Position numbers and translations under genes: made by a program
Part shown: piece after piece, positions 1-13,683 of the stretch
How the letters are laid out: each line of letters starts with the position of its first letter
Position numbering within the stretch: the first letter of the stretch is position 1
Source: Camelus dromedarius
Taxonomy: Eukaryota
Length of the DNA: 64,000 bases
Direction of reading: 5' to 3'
Assembly (NCBI RefSeq): GCF_036321535.1
Contig: NC_087436.1
Span: 9,672,001-9,736,000 of the forward strand
Notes under the pieces: generated by a model
Told to the model about the DNA's origin: nothing
The model's input: the letters and a program-made list of their open reading frames with translations, nothing else
Databases searched by the model: none

Positions 1-151
1 GAGAGGGGCGGGGATGAACGTTCCCACCAGTAGTTCTCACTCAGGTCCGGGGAGGGTTTTACAGGCAAAAGGCGGAAGTTGTGGCTTGCAGTCAACGAGG
101 CTTGTCCCAAAATGGTGGTGGATCACCAAAATGGAGTGGTCTTCTCTATCA
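1..151 (-). mobile_element. Possible ERV LTR 5' part, running off the window start
   Basis: The minus strand starts TGATAGAG...ACTCCATTTTGG, a typical ERV1 LTR opening, followed by CTTCCGCC and a TATA-like CCTGTAAAA. Truncated by the window edge. Confidence 0.3.
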
Positions 152-1329
152 ACTTCCATCATCAGGAAGCCACCCCCATGAATCTGGAGGCTGTTACAGC
201 AGCTCCTTGATCTGCACCAGCAAAATGGACACGCCCCGCCCCCCATACTGCCTCCCTCCTTGCAAGTTCCAGTCCGAGTCTTAGGGATGTGTGGTCTTAA
301 TTGGCATGCATGCCACCAACCACACAAGCAGCCAAGAAATCTGAGAAGCGTTATCCCCTGCCTCTCTGATCTTTGGCTGAGAGAGTAGGAATACATGTCG
401 AGCTAAGTGATTCACAGATTTACTGTTAGGATCCAGTACTTTTACAAACACAAAATACTTTTGTGCCTTGACAAGACCCTCAATGGACAAATACAATCAC
501 ATGCCTATCTTATCTGAACTATCTTATCTGAAATATGAGGTGACATTGATTTAAAAGGCTTTCTTTAGATAACTGAACATGCATAAACCTCAACTAAGAA
601 CCTCTAACAACTGAATGATCAATTGCTATGATCAAAGGAAAATTTGCTGGAAATAAATTTAAAAAATATAACATATACAACATATGTCATTTTATTCATA
701 GATACTGAGAGAAAGAGAGAAAGAACAGAATTATTTGATAATTTCCATGGGAAGAAGAATTAACTGACTCAGTCCATTATTAAAATAGGTAAGTTCTTGA
801 AGTTATTCAAATTCTTAAAGATTAATTCCCAAGTTTGACCTTTCCCATTCTTACCTAGAAGAAACATAGCAAAACACTTGGAATGAATTTGGAAGTATTC
901 TTTCAAATAGAATTGTGCCTAGATTCTTCGGTGAAAGGAAAAAAAGGAATTGTACATGTTACTATGTTGATTAAATACAGTTGTTAGTTATTTTAAACCA
1001 GAAATCTACTTTTTTTAGAATTCTATGCATATACTTCACAAAGTTATTAAAATGTTCTATGTAAATCTTAATAAATTTCTTATGAAAGTGAGCCTTAATG
1101 TACTCATAACTTAACTTTTCTCACGTTTATCCCATTTGTTTAGCTTTAGATAATCTGCTAATATTACGGAAAACTTTACCTATTCATTGTATTATTCTTA
1201 CTTTCATCTTTATCTCAATAAATTATTTCATGAAGCTTTTAAAGTTAAGTATAATAGACTATTGGTCTTTGTGGATTTAAGATCTGCTTTTTTGACATGC
1301 AGTACTGTGAAATTTAGCTCAAGCTCAAA

Positions 1330-1800
1330 GGTAAGACTTTGCCTTCCAAAGTGGCCCACATTAGCCAAACAGAAAAGGTGGGAAAACCACAAGTGAACAT
1401 TATAAGCTATAGTGGTAGAATAGGATGTGGAGTGCTGGACCACCAGTAGGTCATCATGGCGCAAGCATCTGAGGTGTGCAGGGATGTGAGGGTGGGCAAC
1501 ACTGGGAAGGCAAACAGGAGACAGATCTTGGAGGTTTGAGTTTGTCCTGCTTACATTTTGAACATTATCCCGTAGACCATGGGGAAACATTGAAAACTAT
1601 TCAACTGAGGGATAAAGTCATCATCAGAAGCATAAACTAACTCGTTCTGTGCTTTCTGAATATCACTCTTTAGCAGTGATGGGATGATTTCAGAAGCGTC
1701 ACAGAGAAAATAAGAACAGCAGCTAACGGAACAGATTGGAAATGACAGGGCTTAAGATCAGGAAAAGAGCAATAAGATGAAGAATGTCATAAAAATTCAA
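1330..1800 (-). mobile_element. Ancient LINE-2 fragment
   Basis: Degenerate purine-rich L2-like text (cagatcttggagg...tatcccgtagaccatggggaaacattgaa). Recognised by eye only. Confidence 0.4.
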
Positions 1801-1809
1801 GAGATACAT

Positions 1810-2219
1810 CTACAAGTAATAAATACTGGAGATGGTGTGTAGAAAAAGGAGACCTCCTTACCTGTTGGTGGGAATGTAAATTGTTGCAGCCGCTATGTAG
1901 GACAGTATGGAGATTCCCTATAAAAAACTGAAAATAGAGTTAACATATGAGCCACTAATTCCACTTCTGGGCATATATCTGGAGAAAACTATAATTCAAA
2001 AAGATACAGGCAGCCCAATGTTCACAGCATTACTATTTACAATGGCCAAGCCATGGAAGCAACTTAAATGTCCATTGACAGAGGAATGGATAACAATGTG
2101 GTGTATCTGTTTGTATATAATGGAATACTACTCAGCCATAAAGACAGAATGAAATAGTGCCATTTGCAGCAACATGGATGGACCTGGAGATCGCCATTCT
2201 AAGTGAAGTAAGCCAGAAA
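1810..2219 (+). mobile_element. LINE-1 ORF2 C-terminal fragment without 3'UTR or poly(A)
   Basis: ORF 1907-2152 ([19 protein letters not shown]...MEYYSAIK) matches the L1 ORF2 C-terminus and the same region of the full-length L1 at 22996-23373. Confidence 0.9.
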
Positions 2220-2540
2220 TGGCTGGCGTGACCCCACTGTTCTTCTTTAGAGAAAAGGATTCCTGTTCTTTGCTGCTCGGGTACCACCAGCTCAACCACT
2301 TTTCCAATCTATTTTGAAAGCATCAATCTGTTTTCCAGCAAGTCCACAGCTCATGCTTCTTTGTGACCAGGAAAATATTAAATCAATCCATGGCAGTAAG
2401 CAGAAGGAAGGTGAAAATAAAATATGTACATAAATAGAATGTCCAAACACAAAATCTGAGCTTTGCTACCGCATGGGACAGCCTGTCATCTCAAGCATTT
2501 ACCTGTCTACTCTCAAGACTGATGGTCTGAGTTATTCAGC

Positions 2541-2950
2541 TTTAGTTACCTGCCCCAGACAGCTGTAACAAATTGCCACAAACTCAGTGGCTTTTAGCAG
2601 CAGACATTTATTCCCCTGCAGCTCTGGAGGCCAGAAGTCTAAATCAAGGTGTCAGCAGGGCCATTTTTCTTCCAAAGTTTCCAGGGGATAGTCTGTTCCT
2701 TGCCTTTCTCTGCTTCTGACGACTCTAGGCATTCTTGAACTTGTGGCTACATCATTTTCATTTCTGCCTCTGTGGCCATATTGCTTCTTTTCTCTCTTTC
2801 TTCTGTGTGTCTTTTATAAGGATGCTTGTCCTTGGATTTAGGACCTACTCAGATAATCCACAATGCTTTTCTCATATAAAAATCTTTTTCTTCATTACAC
2901 TCGCAAAGACATCATTACCCCTAAGGTGTAAGTTTCAGGTTCCCAGCTCA
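2541..2950 (-). mobile_element. MaLR LTR (MLT1 family)
   Basis: gctgtaacaaattgccacaaactcagtggctt...ctggaggccagaagtctaaatcaaggtgtcagcagggcc is the reverse-strand MLT1 signature. Confidence 0.8.
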
Positions 2951-4049
2951 AATTTATGAGATTATGTACGTATATATAAATGTCTTGCTTCTACAGGAAG
3001 GTTGGCCTGAGTACCTAGTCCAGCATTTCCCAAAAGCAAACAAGCACACAGTAATTTATAAATTATCCTAGAAATTGTGAAGACAGTGAAATAAACTGAC
3101 ATATTTGTAGATATATTTTATCTACATAAGCTATAAGACAGAAATGTGTGCGATGATAAAATACTGGCTTTAAGTTCTCATCTTTGCAAGAGTGTATGTA
3201 AATGACTAACTACAGTAATAAGCAAACTCTTTATTATTTAAATAATTATAACCATTATAAATGTAAAAGTGGATGAGGATATTTACATTTGGGAAGACAT
3301 GAATCATGAAGAAACATTCAGTTTGCACATTAGAAACTGTCAACCGAGCCATGTTCTAATTTGACTTATCCTGAAACCAGCCCAGATTTCTCTTGATTTT
3401 CACTATCTGCTAAAACTCTAAATTATGATCACTTAGTTGACAAAGTAGGCTGTCCCTTTCTCAGTCAGTATTGCTTTTATTGGATAGCCAACATATTTAA
3501 ATCTATTTTAAATTTGAAAGGGAACAAACAAAAGACAGCTTCTTTCTTGCAAATGACTGAGATATTAAACAACAACAAAAAAACCTTCTCTAAGCATTTT
3601 ATCATTCATTTAAAAGTTTGGACGGATATGGAAATGCACACGTTCCTTAGTGTATTGTATTATTTCCTTTCAACTTAGAGATGGCCAAACTGATGTTCCC
3701 ATGTTTTCCTCCAAAATATCTCAAGGGAGACCATCCCTCTCAACTCCAGTGAAAGAGGAAAAGCTCATTTTGATCATGGATGACCAGGGACTACTTCAGA
3801 GATAACCTTGGCTTCTTCGGAAACATCTGTGGTTCTCAGTTCTCTCACCCACAAAACTGATGAAATTAAATGACACCAAAGATGCCTTAAAATCTAAGAT
3901 TCTGTGATACAATTTTTTAAAAATCACATGCCAGCCTTAAAGGCATGAAAATTACTCATAAAATGAAATATATCTGCTATTCTTAAGTGAGTCATTTGTA
4001 ACAAATTACTCAGAAAAGTAATTTCAGTATGATATACTTGCCATTTGGA

Positions 4050-4330
4050 AATAATAATGACTGAAAATCACTGAGCTATGTCCAAGACAAAGAACTGAGC
4101 ACTTTACGTGAATTGTCATATGTAATCTTCATAACATTATTAGTAGGTAGAAATGGAATACTTGTACATTCATCAGTTACAACTGTCATTGATTCCTACC
4201 GGACGCTAAGCCTGGACAATGAGAAGAATTTCCCACGGTTCCCCAGCCATTCAGTTGCAGAGCAGAAAATCTAGTGTCCATTTGTCTGGCACAGAAATCA
4301 AGTCACTCCAGGCCTGTGCCACACACTTTT
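4050..4330 (-). mobile_element. MIR SINE relic
   Basis: tgagcactttacgtgaattgtcatatgtaatcttcataac resembles the reverse MIR core and tail. Confidence 0.55.
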
Positions 4331-5390
4331 CACTCAGTTGCAAGATGTTAGATACTTTATCTGCTATTCTTGAGTTATTTGTGACAAATTATTCAAAAAG
4401 TGACTATATATGTTTACTTCGTAACTATATTTGTGACTGTATCTCATTTCCTAAAAATAAAAACATGAAAAATACAGTTGAAAAATGAGGTCAATAGCAG
4501 ACTGCAGCATATCTGTGAAGTTCTTAGTTTGAAACCAACATTATAAATGTAGGTTTAGTCATCAGAAAGACACATGCCTACTTCAAGTGAGAAATGAGTC
4601 CAGGAGCTACTGTTCCAGCTCGTGTAATAATCCAACCTGATCCCAGGAATATCAAATCCCTCCCACAAGTGAGCTGTTCTACTTCGCAGGTTAGTGATGA
4701 CTTGTTCTGTAAATACCTTAAATTTAAAGACACAATGATATTCCAGTTCAGAGCTCCGCAACATGCCTGGGAAATACACAAATTCCTATAACTCATCCAT
4801 CTGTTCTTGCTTCATGAATGTTCTTAACTGATTCTGATAGGTCATCTTAGCAGTGATGACATGCTGCTGCTTTAATTCATGTTTCATAGCTCTTTTTTGA
4901 GCAGGAAGGAGTTGCTCTCATTTCTTTTGGAATTGAAATGCCAGAAATCTCAGGGTCAAAGATGCTTTTTCAGAAAGGTAGGCACCAAATTATTTAACAC
5001 ATGGTGTATCCTGATCCAAGTTCTAAACAGAAAAACTGAACCACAAGCCAGAAACTGAATTGAAATGTATCATTATATGGAGGAAATATATTTATTAGTC
5101 AGAAGCAAAGTGTGCTGCATTTCAAATGTTGTACAGATTACTTTTGGGGGATACATTTCTCCAATGAAGATATTAAAAATGACCTTCAATAACATCCAAA
5201 GTGCTGTGACCACATAGTTGTTGTTTCTCTTCTCAATCCCTGTCACCCCCTTTGCTCAGAACCATTTGTTCACAAGTGAATTCAAGCTCAGAGGAACATT
5301 CAGGGTAGACTCGAGGGTGTGGAGGGAGGATTTCTGAAAAAAGGTATGAGGGTATAAATTAAGAGAAAGACCATTTCCATTTTGCCTTAG

Positions 5391-5593
5391 AGCGCTGTCC
5401 CTCCGCCTTGGCACTACTGTATTCTGATCTGGAAAATTCTTTGCGATGGTGGGCTGTCCTGGTCATTGTAGGCTATTTAATATCGTTCTTACTTCTGTCC
5501 ACTGGATTCCACTTGCAATTCCCCACCCCGAGTTGTGACAGCCAGAAGTGTCTCCAGACACTATCTCACCTAGGTCTGTGGTTGACGACTGGC
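5391..5593. mobile_element. MER20-like hAT-Charlie DNA transposon relic
   Basis: ggcactactg...aattctttgcgatggtgggctgtcctggtcattgtagg...gttgtgacagccagaagtgtctccagaca matches the recalled MER20 consensus. Confidence 0.7.
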
Positions 5594-6824
5594 TAATGAA
5601 GCTGAGTGGGAACCCGACATCTTACAAAGGGCCTTGTCTCTTTTCCCTTTTGCACTTTTATCCCCATCTTGTTTCCTCCATATCTGATGGTGCCATTAAA
5701 GATGTTTCCTGACTTTACAAAAACTAATCTTTTCCATCACTTGGATTTAAAACACCAGTCTTTGTGTATACATCTATCTTAAACACTCCTTCCAAACTTC
5801 CGTCACTGTCTGTCTTTCTTATTTTCCTTGATTTTTTCCCCTGTGATGACATGTCAAGTAAATGCTTTAAGGAGCTTTCTAGGTAAGAGATTGTTTTTAA
5901 AATGGTAGGAGAAAGTAAAATTATTATAGAACTACATATTGGACAAGGAGATTAAAACAAGCAGACCAAAGAGTTATACAGAGTCATAAAGACAGCAGAC
6001 GCAGTTAGGAAGGACTAGTGATTTTAATATTGAAAAACTGATTCTTTAATTCATACTACAGCTCCAAATCATTTTGAAGAGGTCTGATTTTGTTTGTGGT
6101 CAATATAATAGGAAAGAGAAATTTAACTGGGTAGATTTCTTTTTCCAGTGCTAATGTGAAACTATTTTTGAGTATCTTGGGAAGTGCCATTACTTTTCAA
6201 GTCAATAAAGCTCCCCTAAAGAAATAATTTGCTAAAGTATCATTTGTGATAAAATTAAGAATGACAATTTAAAGATAATCAACATGCCACCTATGATTAA
6301 TTTAATTCTGGTTAAAAATTTTTTAAATTGTATTCACTATAAGCAGTATTATAGTTGAATTGTAAAATGTTATAAAAATATGTGCTATAAAACTTAATAA
6401 ATTGTGGAACTCATAGGTGACTCTCACATGTATTGGAGAAAATTAAAAAGTAGAATGATCATGTCTTCCCTGGAAATGCAGACCTAATATGTCATAAACT
6501 AGTTTTCCAATATGTTGCAGAATAAACTAACAAAATTGGACCCTGCAGACAACTCTGAGGAGTCAAACCATTTTTCAAGAAGACATATCTCCCTCTTACT
6601 GACTGAAAATGAAATTTGGAGCTTACCTAACCTTTGAAGGCTCCCTTAGGCACCTGAGAATTAGATCCAGGCTTACTCACAGTTAGAGCTGGTCCCAGAG
6701 GGTTAAGGAATCAGCAGTTCACATCAATACACTATTTGAATTTTTTGCCCCAGTTGTGTATGCTGGTTGAGTTTTTATACACGCAATTTTTTAAGTGAGC
6801 AATAATAAAACACCTCCTATTTGT

Positions 6825-6910
6825 TTAAGAAGGAAATTATAAGGGTTTTAGGAGCTCTATGCAGGAACTGGGCATAGAGACCAATATATAAATTTTCCTA
6901 TTATTTCACA
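6825..6910. mobile_element. MER21-like LTR terminal fragment
   Basis: aagggttttaggagctctatgcaggaactgggcatagagaccaatatat...ttatttcaca is a MER21-type LTR end. Confidence 0.4.
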
Positions 6911-7169
6911 TGTGACAGAAATCACAAGTAATATTTATACCACTGTGATGTGTTAGCTATATCCAAAAGTGAATGAAGTGCTAATTGCTTTTTAGAAGCT
7001 AATGATAATTTAAATGCTTTTTTTTTTACATCCAAATTCAAGGACACCTTGAATTCTGTACAGTCTCATAAAGAACTCTTGACTTGAGTAATACTTATTT
7101 CAATCAATAGTGAGAGTTGGGTTTCCAGAAATGATCATTTAAGCCAACGACCTTGCCAAAAACAATTAA

Positions 7170-8560
7170 ATAAGTTCAGCAAAATAAAAATCATCTGTGG
7201 AAAGGCACTGGAAAGTGAAGAAGACAGTGAAGAATCAGAGGTCAAAAAATTTGGAGAGAAAAGAAACCATAGAAGTGAAATTGATAATTGAGGCCGCATT
7301 TCCCTACAATTTTCTGCCAATGATAAAAAAAAGGTGGCAAAATGGACAAGAAACCAAGCATGGTTTCTGATTGACTTATGACTCTAAGGGGACAAAATTG
7401 GAACTTAGAGACTTCTAAGGACAAGACCAGAGTAAACTATTGAGGCTTTAGGTTCAAACCTTAAGAGATTAAACCTATGAGTAAGGGTGAACAGGAAATA
7501 GAATGCCCTATTCCTTTATAAGAAGAAACTCACCTTTAAGTCAACTAAATCCCAGGTTGGATTGAGCTGGTCAGGAACTGTTAGTCTCTAGCTTGTCTAG
7601 ATGATAGCCAAAGGCAAAACAAAATCTTCCCTTTGGGAGAACAAGATCTTGTGTATACTCTAGTTATCTCTAGAAGTTTTTTCATTATCAGTGTCTAGGA
7701 TGCAATGAAAAATAACTATGTATAGAAAACAAGACACATATTGAAAATATATGCAAAACAGCAGATGATGGAATCAGATTCACAGGATATCCAGTCACCC
7801 AGGAATGGAGTAATTCAATATTAATGTTAAAATAGCTATATACAATTAAGTTCAGAGAAATAAAAGATAAAGTTGAGAATACCAGTCACAAACTAGAAAC
7901 TTTTTAAAATAAACAAACAGAAATTTATAAACCAAAAATTATATTAAGAATCCACTGGATATGTTTAACGGAAGAACAGAGAATTAAAGAGTGGAGTGTA
8001 GGTCAGGGGAAAATACGCAGAATGAGGCAGAGAGAAAGAATGGAAATTACATAGTGGTCATACAGGATATGAAGAAATGTTTTGCCACGTGTTTCATTAG
8101 AATCTCAAAATGAGAGGAAATAACAAATGTACCTAAAGCACTATTTCGAGATAGAATAGCTAAGAATTTCCCAAAACTGATCAAAAAAAAATTAAGCTAC
8201 ATATTCAAGTGGCTACATGAACCTTATATAGGATCAATAAAAATGAACATGACAAAACAAACACACAGACACACACACACGCGCGCGAACACTTTCTTAA
8301 CAACACCATACATGCTTTCTTAATCACATCATTTATTCAAATCCAAAGACAGAGAAAAATCTTTAAAGTAGATCAATGAAAAGAAAAATAATCTCCAAAG
8401 AAGCAAAAAAAATCAGAATATAATGCGATATTGTCAATAAATTGAAAGAAATTAATTGCCAAACTTGTATTCTATTCACAGTAAGAATATTCTTCACAGA
8501 TGGAATAAAAATATGTTGAGACAAAGTAAAAAGTGAAAGAAATAGCAGACTGACCAGAAA
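7170..8560 (+). mobile_element. Ancient L1 (L1M/HAL1-like) 5'/ORF1 region
   Basis: A-rich strand with degraded ORF1 motifs (aagaatccactggatatgtttaac; gctaagaatttcccaaaactga). Confidence 0.5.
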
Positions 8561-8579
8561 TAAGGAGAATATATATATC

Positions 8580-9050
8580 AATATATGTCATTTTTGCTTG
8601 TTTTGAACTTCATATAAATGGAGTCAAACAGACTGGCTGGAGATTATTTGCCACATTAATAGATGATAATACATGTAGTTGTGGTTTGTTTTTTCTCATT
8701 ATTGTATATGTTGCAGTAAGAATGTACTACAATTTATTCTATTATAGATTTTTTTTTAATGAGAATTTAAATTTCTCCCCCGATTTTAGGCTTTTAGGAG
8801 CAATCTTTTAACATGCTTTTTGGTGTCCATATAAATACATTACAATGGAGTAGTATATAACAAGGAATGAAATCACTGGATTTCAGAAAATTAGTTGGAA
8901 AATGATGCTTTTTCTCCCCTAATCCAATGTCTGAAAGATTTTGGGTAAAATTGGAATCATTTCTTCCTGAATGTTTTATAGAAGTCATGAATGAAGACAT
9001 CTGGTCCTGGAACTTTCTTTATGGGAAGATTTTTACTGATGGATTTGATT
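8580..9050 (-). mobile_element. Ancient L1 fragments (3' end and ORF2)
   Basis: ttttgaacttcatataaatggagtc is L1ME-type 3' end. catctggtcctggaactttctttatgggaag is the reverse of the ORF2 SPGPDG region. Confidence 0.55.
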
Positions 9051-9324
9051 TACATGAAATTTTGCACCGTATTTTTCCTAAAGTATAACATACATAGATA
9101 AAAACACACATTGTCTAAGCATGCAAGGGTGAAATCAATAAGAACATGTAGAAGTCTGAGTTTCATTCTAAGCTGGATAGAATATAATGGCCTAGCCTTG
9201 GCAAGTCTAATAATCTCTTGGGTGTTCTTATTGGTACCATTAAGGTACTTAATTGACTTTTAAGGCTGTGTTAAGTTAGAGATTATTTATGTGATGGCTG
9301 TAGCGCATACTAAATGGTAGTTAT

Positions 9325-9788
9325 CATTGTTTTTATTTATGTATATATGTTGTGTTAATTTCTGGTGTACAGCATAGTGATTCAGAGATATATATATATA
9401 TATATTCTTTTTCATATTCTTTTTCACTATAGGCTATTGCAAGGTATTAAATATAGTTCCCTGTACTATACAGTAGGACTTTGCTGTTTATCTATTTTAT
9501 ACATAGTAGTTAGTATCTGCAAATCCTGAACTCCTAATTTATCCCTCCACCTCCCTCTTCCCCCCGGGAAAAAGTTTGTTTGTTTTTTATGTCTGTGAGT
9601 CTGTTTTCTGTTCTATAACTAAGTTAATTTGTCTCATTTCTTTTTACATTCCACATATAAATGATATCATATGATGCTATTCTTTCTCTGTCTGACTTAC
9701 TTCACTTAGTATGACAACCTCCAGGTCCATCCATGTTGCTGCAAATGGAATTATTTTATTCTTTTTTATGGCTGAGTAGTATTCCATT
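9325..9788 (-). mobile_element. 5'-truncated artiodactyl-type L1 (ORF2 end plus 3'UTR)
   Basis: atttctggtgtacagcatagtgattcag...ccatgttgctgcaaatgg...ggctgagtagtattccatt, homologous to 22700-23140. Confidence 0.85.
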
Positions 9789-11074
9789 AGATGGCAACTG
9801 GTGGTTGTTATTCTTAGAATGAAAATAATTCCTTATACAATCACAGCATCATTGTTGAATCTTCTGCATAATGCTAAATATTTTGCTAACAGTATTCACC
9901 TTGACATTTTGCATTATTTCATCCTTTTTACTTCCCCCATGAGCAAGGTAAACTGACACTTTCATGTAGACAGGCCACCATCTTGTGCTCTCAAAGAAGT
10001 AAGTCCTTGAATGGAGTAAGGTTCAACTTGAATAGAAACTGTGGAATTTCTAAGAATAAACATTTCCCTATTAAATACTCTTGTAATTTCTAAAAATGTC
10101 ATGACCTATTTAAAGTAGACAGATGTCGTGGTGAATGATGAAAACCAACAGAGAAGAAATATAAAGAGGCAGATGCAGGAAGAGATAGTATGTATGTGGT
10201 TAGGTGGTTACAGAGGTGAGAACACAGATAAGTACATTTGCAGAATGCACGCATTTGGGAAAGGAGAGCAGAATAAATAGTGCGAACACATAAATCAACA
10301 GCAAGAGACGCTGTGACCATGCGGCACCTTTAGGATGTGACACTCAAGCTGAGGTTCAATAAAAAAGAGAAAATTGGTTGACAGAGTGACATGTGAAAGG
10401 TAAAGTGCAGAGGTAGCAATTAGACAGAAGAGGAGTTTAGCAATATGATGCTTGAGGGCGTAAGGAGGAGTGGGGGCACCTGAAATGCACAAAACATAGA
10501 AAATGCTGCATGTGTCTCTCCCGACTGTGGACGATGAATCTCACGGTTTCTCCTACAGTTTTTAAACTTTATCATTACTTAATCATCACTTTATTCATAT
10601 GAGTTGACCTATCCCTACCATTCTGACTGACTTCAAGAGGCATAAAATAAGAAACATTTCCCAGGGAAGTAAAGAGCTGTATTCTCAGAAAACTGCATCT
10701 GCACTCCAACAGGTGGAAGAAATAAAGCCCATTATATAAAATTATAGATTTGATTTCTTCCTGAGGTTGAAAAGAGAGCTCTCTTCTCTTCTCCCAAGAC
10801 AGAGAATCAAATTAAATTGAAGAGAATTGAATTCTCACTGGTTCAGATTCTAATCTCTTATCCATTCAGTTGGCCAGTTATTACTTATGATTTCTATATT
10901 CTTCATAAAAAAAGAAACTGAAACATCCCTACTTATCTAATGAAAATGGAAGAAGGTATTTGCAACTTCACAAATTTTAATCAGAATCTGTGGTAACCAG
11001 CCGCCTCTTGGCTTATTCTTAAAATAGATATATTCTAATGTCCTTTAAAAAAAATTATTGTACCTTTACTCCCA

Positions 11075-11215
11075 CCATTTCCCTGCTGTGCTGTGAAATG
11101 TCACTTCCTCTTACTGTTGTCCCACCAGGGGCAATTAGTTACACACAGATTTTATTTACTTCATCTGGAAGTCTGTACCTTTTGACCCCCTTCACTCATT
11201 TTGTCCCTCCTCAAA
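11075..11215 (-). mobile_element. L1MA-type 3'UTR fragment
   Basis: ctggaagtctgtaccttttgacccccttcactcattt. Confidence 0.5.
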
Positions 11216-12099
11216 ATAGGGTTATCTTGTTTGCTGTCTTTGTTGAGCTCATGGCTGAATATAATTCTCTATTTTTTTTCTTTGAAATGCTTGAAGCATC
11301 CTTGACTGAATAAACCCTAGTTTTAGTAAATTAAATCCCTTTTAGTCAAAACAGTTTATGGAGTGATAATCTACACCCTGATACAAGAAACGAAGAAATG
11401 CAGAAAACAAGGCACGTTCTAACACACTGTCTAACTTTAACAGAGCTAACAAGAGACTCAATTTTGAAACCAAGTAGAGGAGGAAAATCACCAGTGTTCT
11501 GAATCACATTTCATCATTTTTTTCAGATTCCACTTGAGTAAGAAGAGAGCTTTCTTTCTTTAACTTTTTTTTTTTCAGTTTCTCATGCCTATGGAAGCTC
11601 CAAATTAAACCTTTGAAAAACCATCACCATAGAAAATAACAGAGTCCTCAGTGTTACTGTTGAAAGACTGAGAGGGAGGACTGTCTGCTTGTGACTTCCT
11701 GAAGGAGACTCAGTTCAAGAATAAGAACCTTAGTTGAGCAGCTCGGAGAACTGACTGCTCTCCAGTGGGAAAGGATGATTCTCTGTGTACTAGGTTAGAC
11801 TTTTCCCTGAAGGATCATTCAGAGGAAAATGTAGATTAGACAAGCATTTTATCTAAAGGGACTTAGTGCAAGAAAATACTAAGCACATGGTAGAAATTCT
11901 TTTTATTCAAGGGATGAACATGAAGCCTCAGAGAAAGCCCTTAGAAAGGAAAATAATAATGTTGGCTGGACGTTCAGAGATCATCAGTGCCAGAGTAAAC
12001 CAGCGACACCGGAGAATGAACAGTGAAACTGAGCAAGAGATTCTGCAGAAACAGATTTGTAATACTTACAAATTTGCATTTGAAGGGTAATTGGTAACT

Positions 12100-12230
12100 A
12101 AAGGATTTCCATGTAATTTCTCCAATTGTATTCTTAGAAAAGATACTGTGAGGTAGGAAAAGCTGGTAGTATTTTATTACAGATGAGAAAATGTGAGATG
12201 CTCTGAGGTTAAGCACCTTGACCAAGAAAG
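12100..12230 (-). mobile_element. MIR core fragment
   Basis: ttattacagatgagaaaatgtgagatgctctgaggttaagcaccttgacc. Confidence 0.45.
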
Positions 12231-13683
12231 AATATATAAGATTTCCTGGTGTAGGTTCTTTGTTAGATTTTATTTCCCCACAGTATTAATCATGACACTA
12301 AATTCTATTAAACTTCTATTTAAGGGTCTCAGGAAATTATGTCATTTCTTTATGACTTTCTTTTCACAATTAGAATTTAGAAAGGGAAGAGTTTAGAAAT
12401 GATTGTCATAAATCTTTCTTTAGGAAAATCTAGGCTGTTCTGCAAAGCTTTGCATTACTTCAAGAAGTAAAAAAAAAAAAAAAAAGGTTTTCAGAGACAT
12501 TTTAGAGCAAGATATTGCTTCCAATAGTTTAATACCCGCTCCGCCTCTCCATCATGTCCTGGGTATCTTCTCCACACTTAAAAAAAAAAAAAAAAAGTGG
12601 CCCAAAACACAGTAGAAAAGGATTCTTTTAAAACACAAACAGAAAACAAAAACTTCAATACCTTTCAAAACTTCTCAGAATAGTGTGAGCAAAATTATAT
12701 TTGGATGTTTCCAAAGAACATTTTGCAAAATATTCATCCCTTTTCTTCTTACCAGAATTTTTTCCTAATAATTGACTCATTATCCATTCTAGTTGCAAAT
12801 ATACTTTATAATGAAGTAAGTATACCTTTAAATATGATTTAAGCACAAGTGGGTTAATTCATAGTACAACTGAGTTACTTCTAGGGCTATGCATGGCTCA
12901 GGAGAAAAAACAGGTTTCAAAGTCAGAATAGATTTAAATCTTGATGCTCTTTCTGCCCTTTCAACTTTTGTTTAGAAAATCTCCTTTCTTCAGATCATTA
13001 TCTAAAACCTACTCCAAAGCAATAATCAGCAATTCTTAAATTGTTTTCTTTAATTGTACTTTCCTGGTGTTAATGTTTTTATGCTCAAATTTGACCATCT
13101 TGGATACTACCCTAGGATTTATACAATTTACTCAATATGTTCAATATCTTTTCCTTTTAAAATTTAATTTTCTGAGCAATATCCAGTTTCTTAACCATTT
13201 CTGCTTCAAATGGGTTCACTTCCCACTCAGCCAAGAAACTGGTGTACAAGCACTCATTCTATCATTGCAAGCTCTTGTGGGCAAGAAATGTCAAAATAAT
13301 CTATTTTTTAATCAAATAAAATAAGGCTCTGAGCCTACCTCTCCCACACTAGCAGGCAATTCAGCTTCAGTTCTGAATGCCATCTCTGCCCACTCAATTC
13401 CACAGAATGGAGCAAATAGCCTGGCCTGACTAATTTTTGAAATTTGAATCAAAAATTGGAGCTGTACAAAACACAAGCATGGCCATGTGAGCATTTCCCA
13501 CACCTAACTTTTTATTTACTAACTGGCTCAGTTTATTTGTTTTATGATGTTAAAATCAGAGACTTGCTCAGTTTACCTCAAGTAATGTAAAAAAAAAATA
13601 CACTACTGTATTACTGTAAAAAAAATATGCTAAACAATATGGTTAATAAAAATCATTTAAAAATAATACAAGTGTTACGCTTA

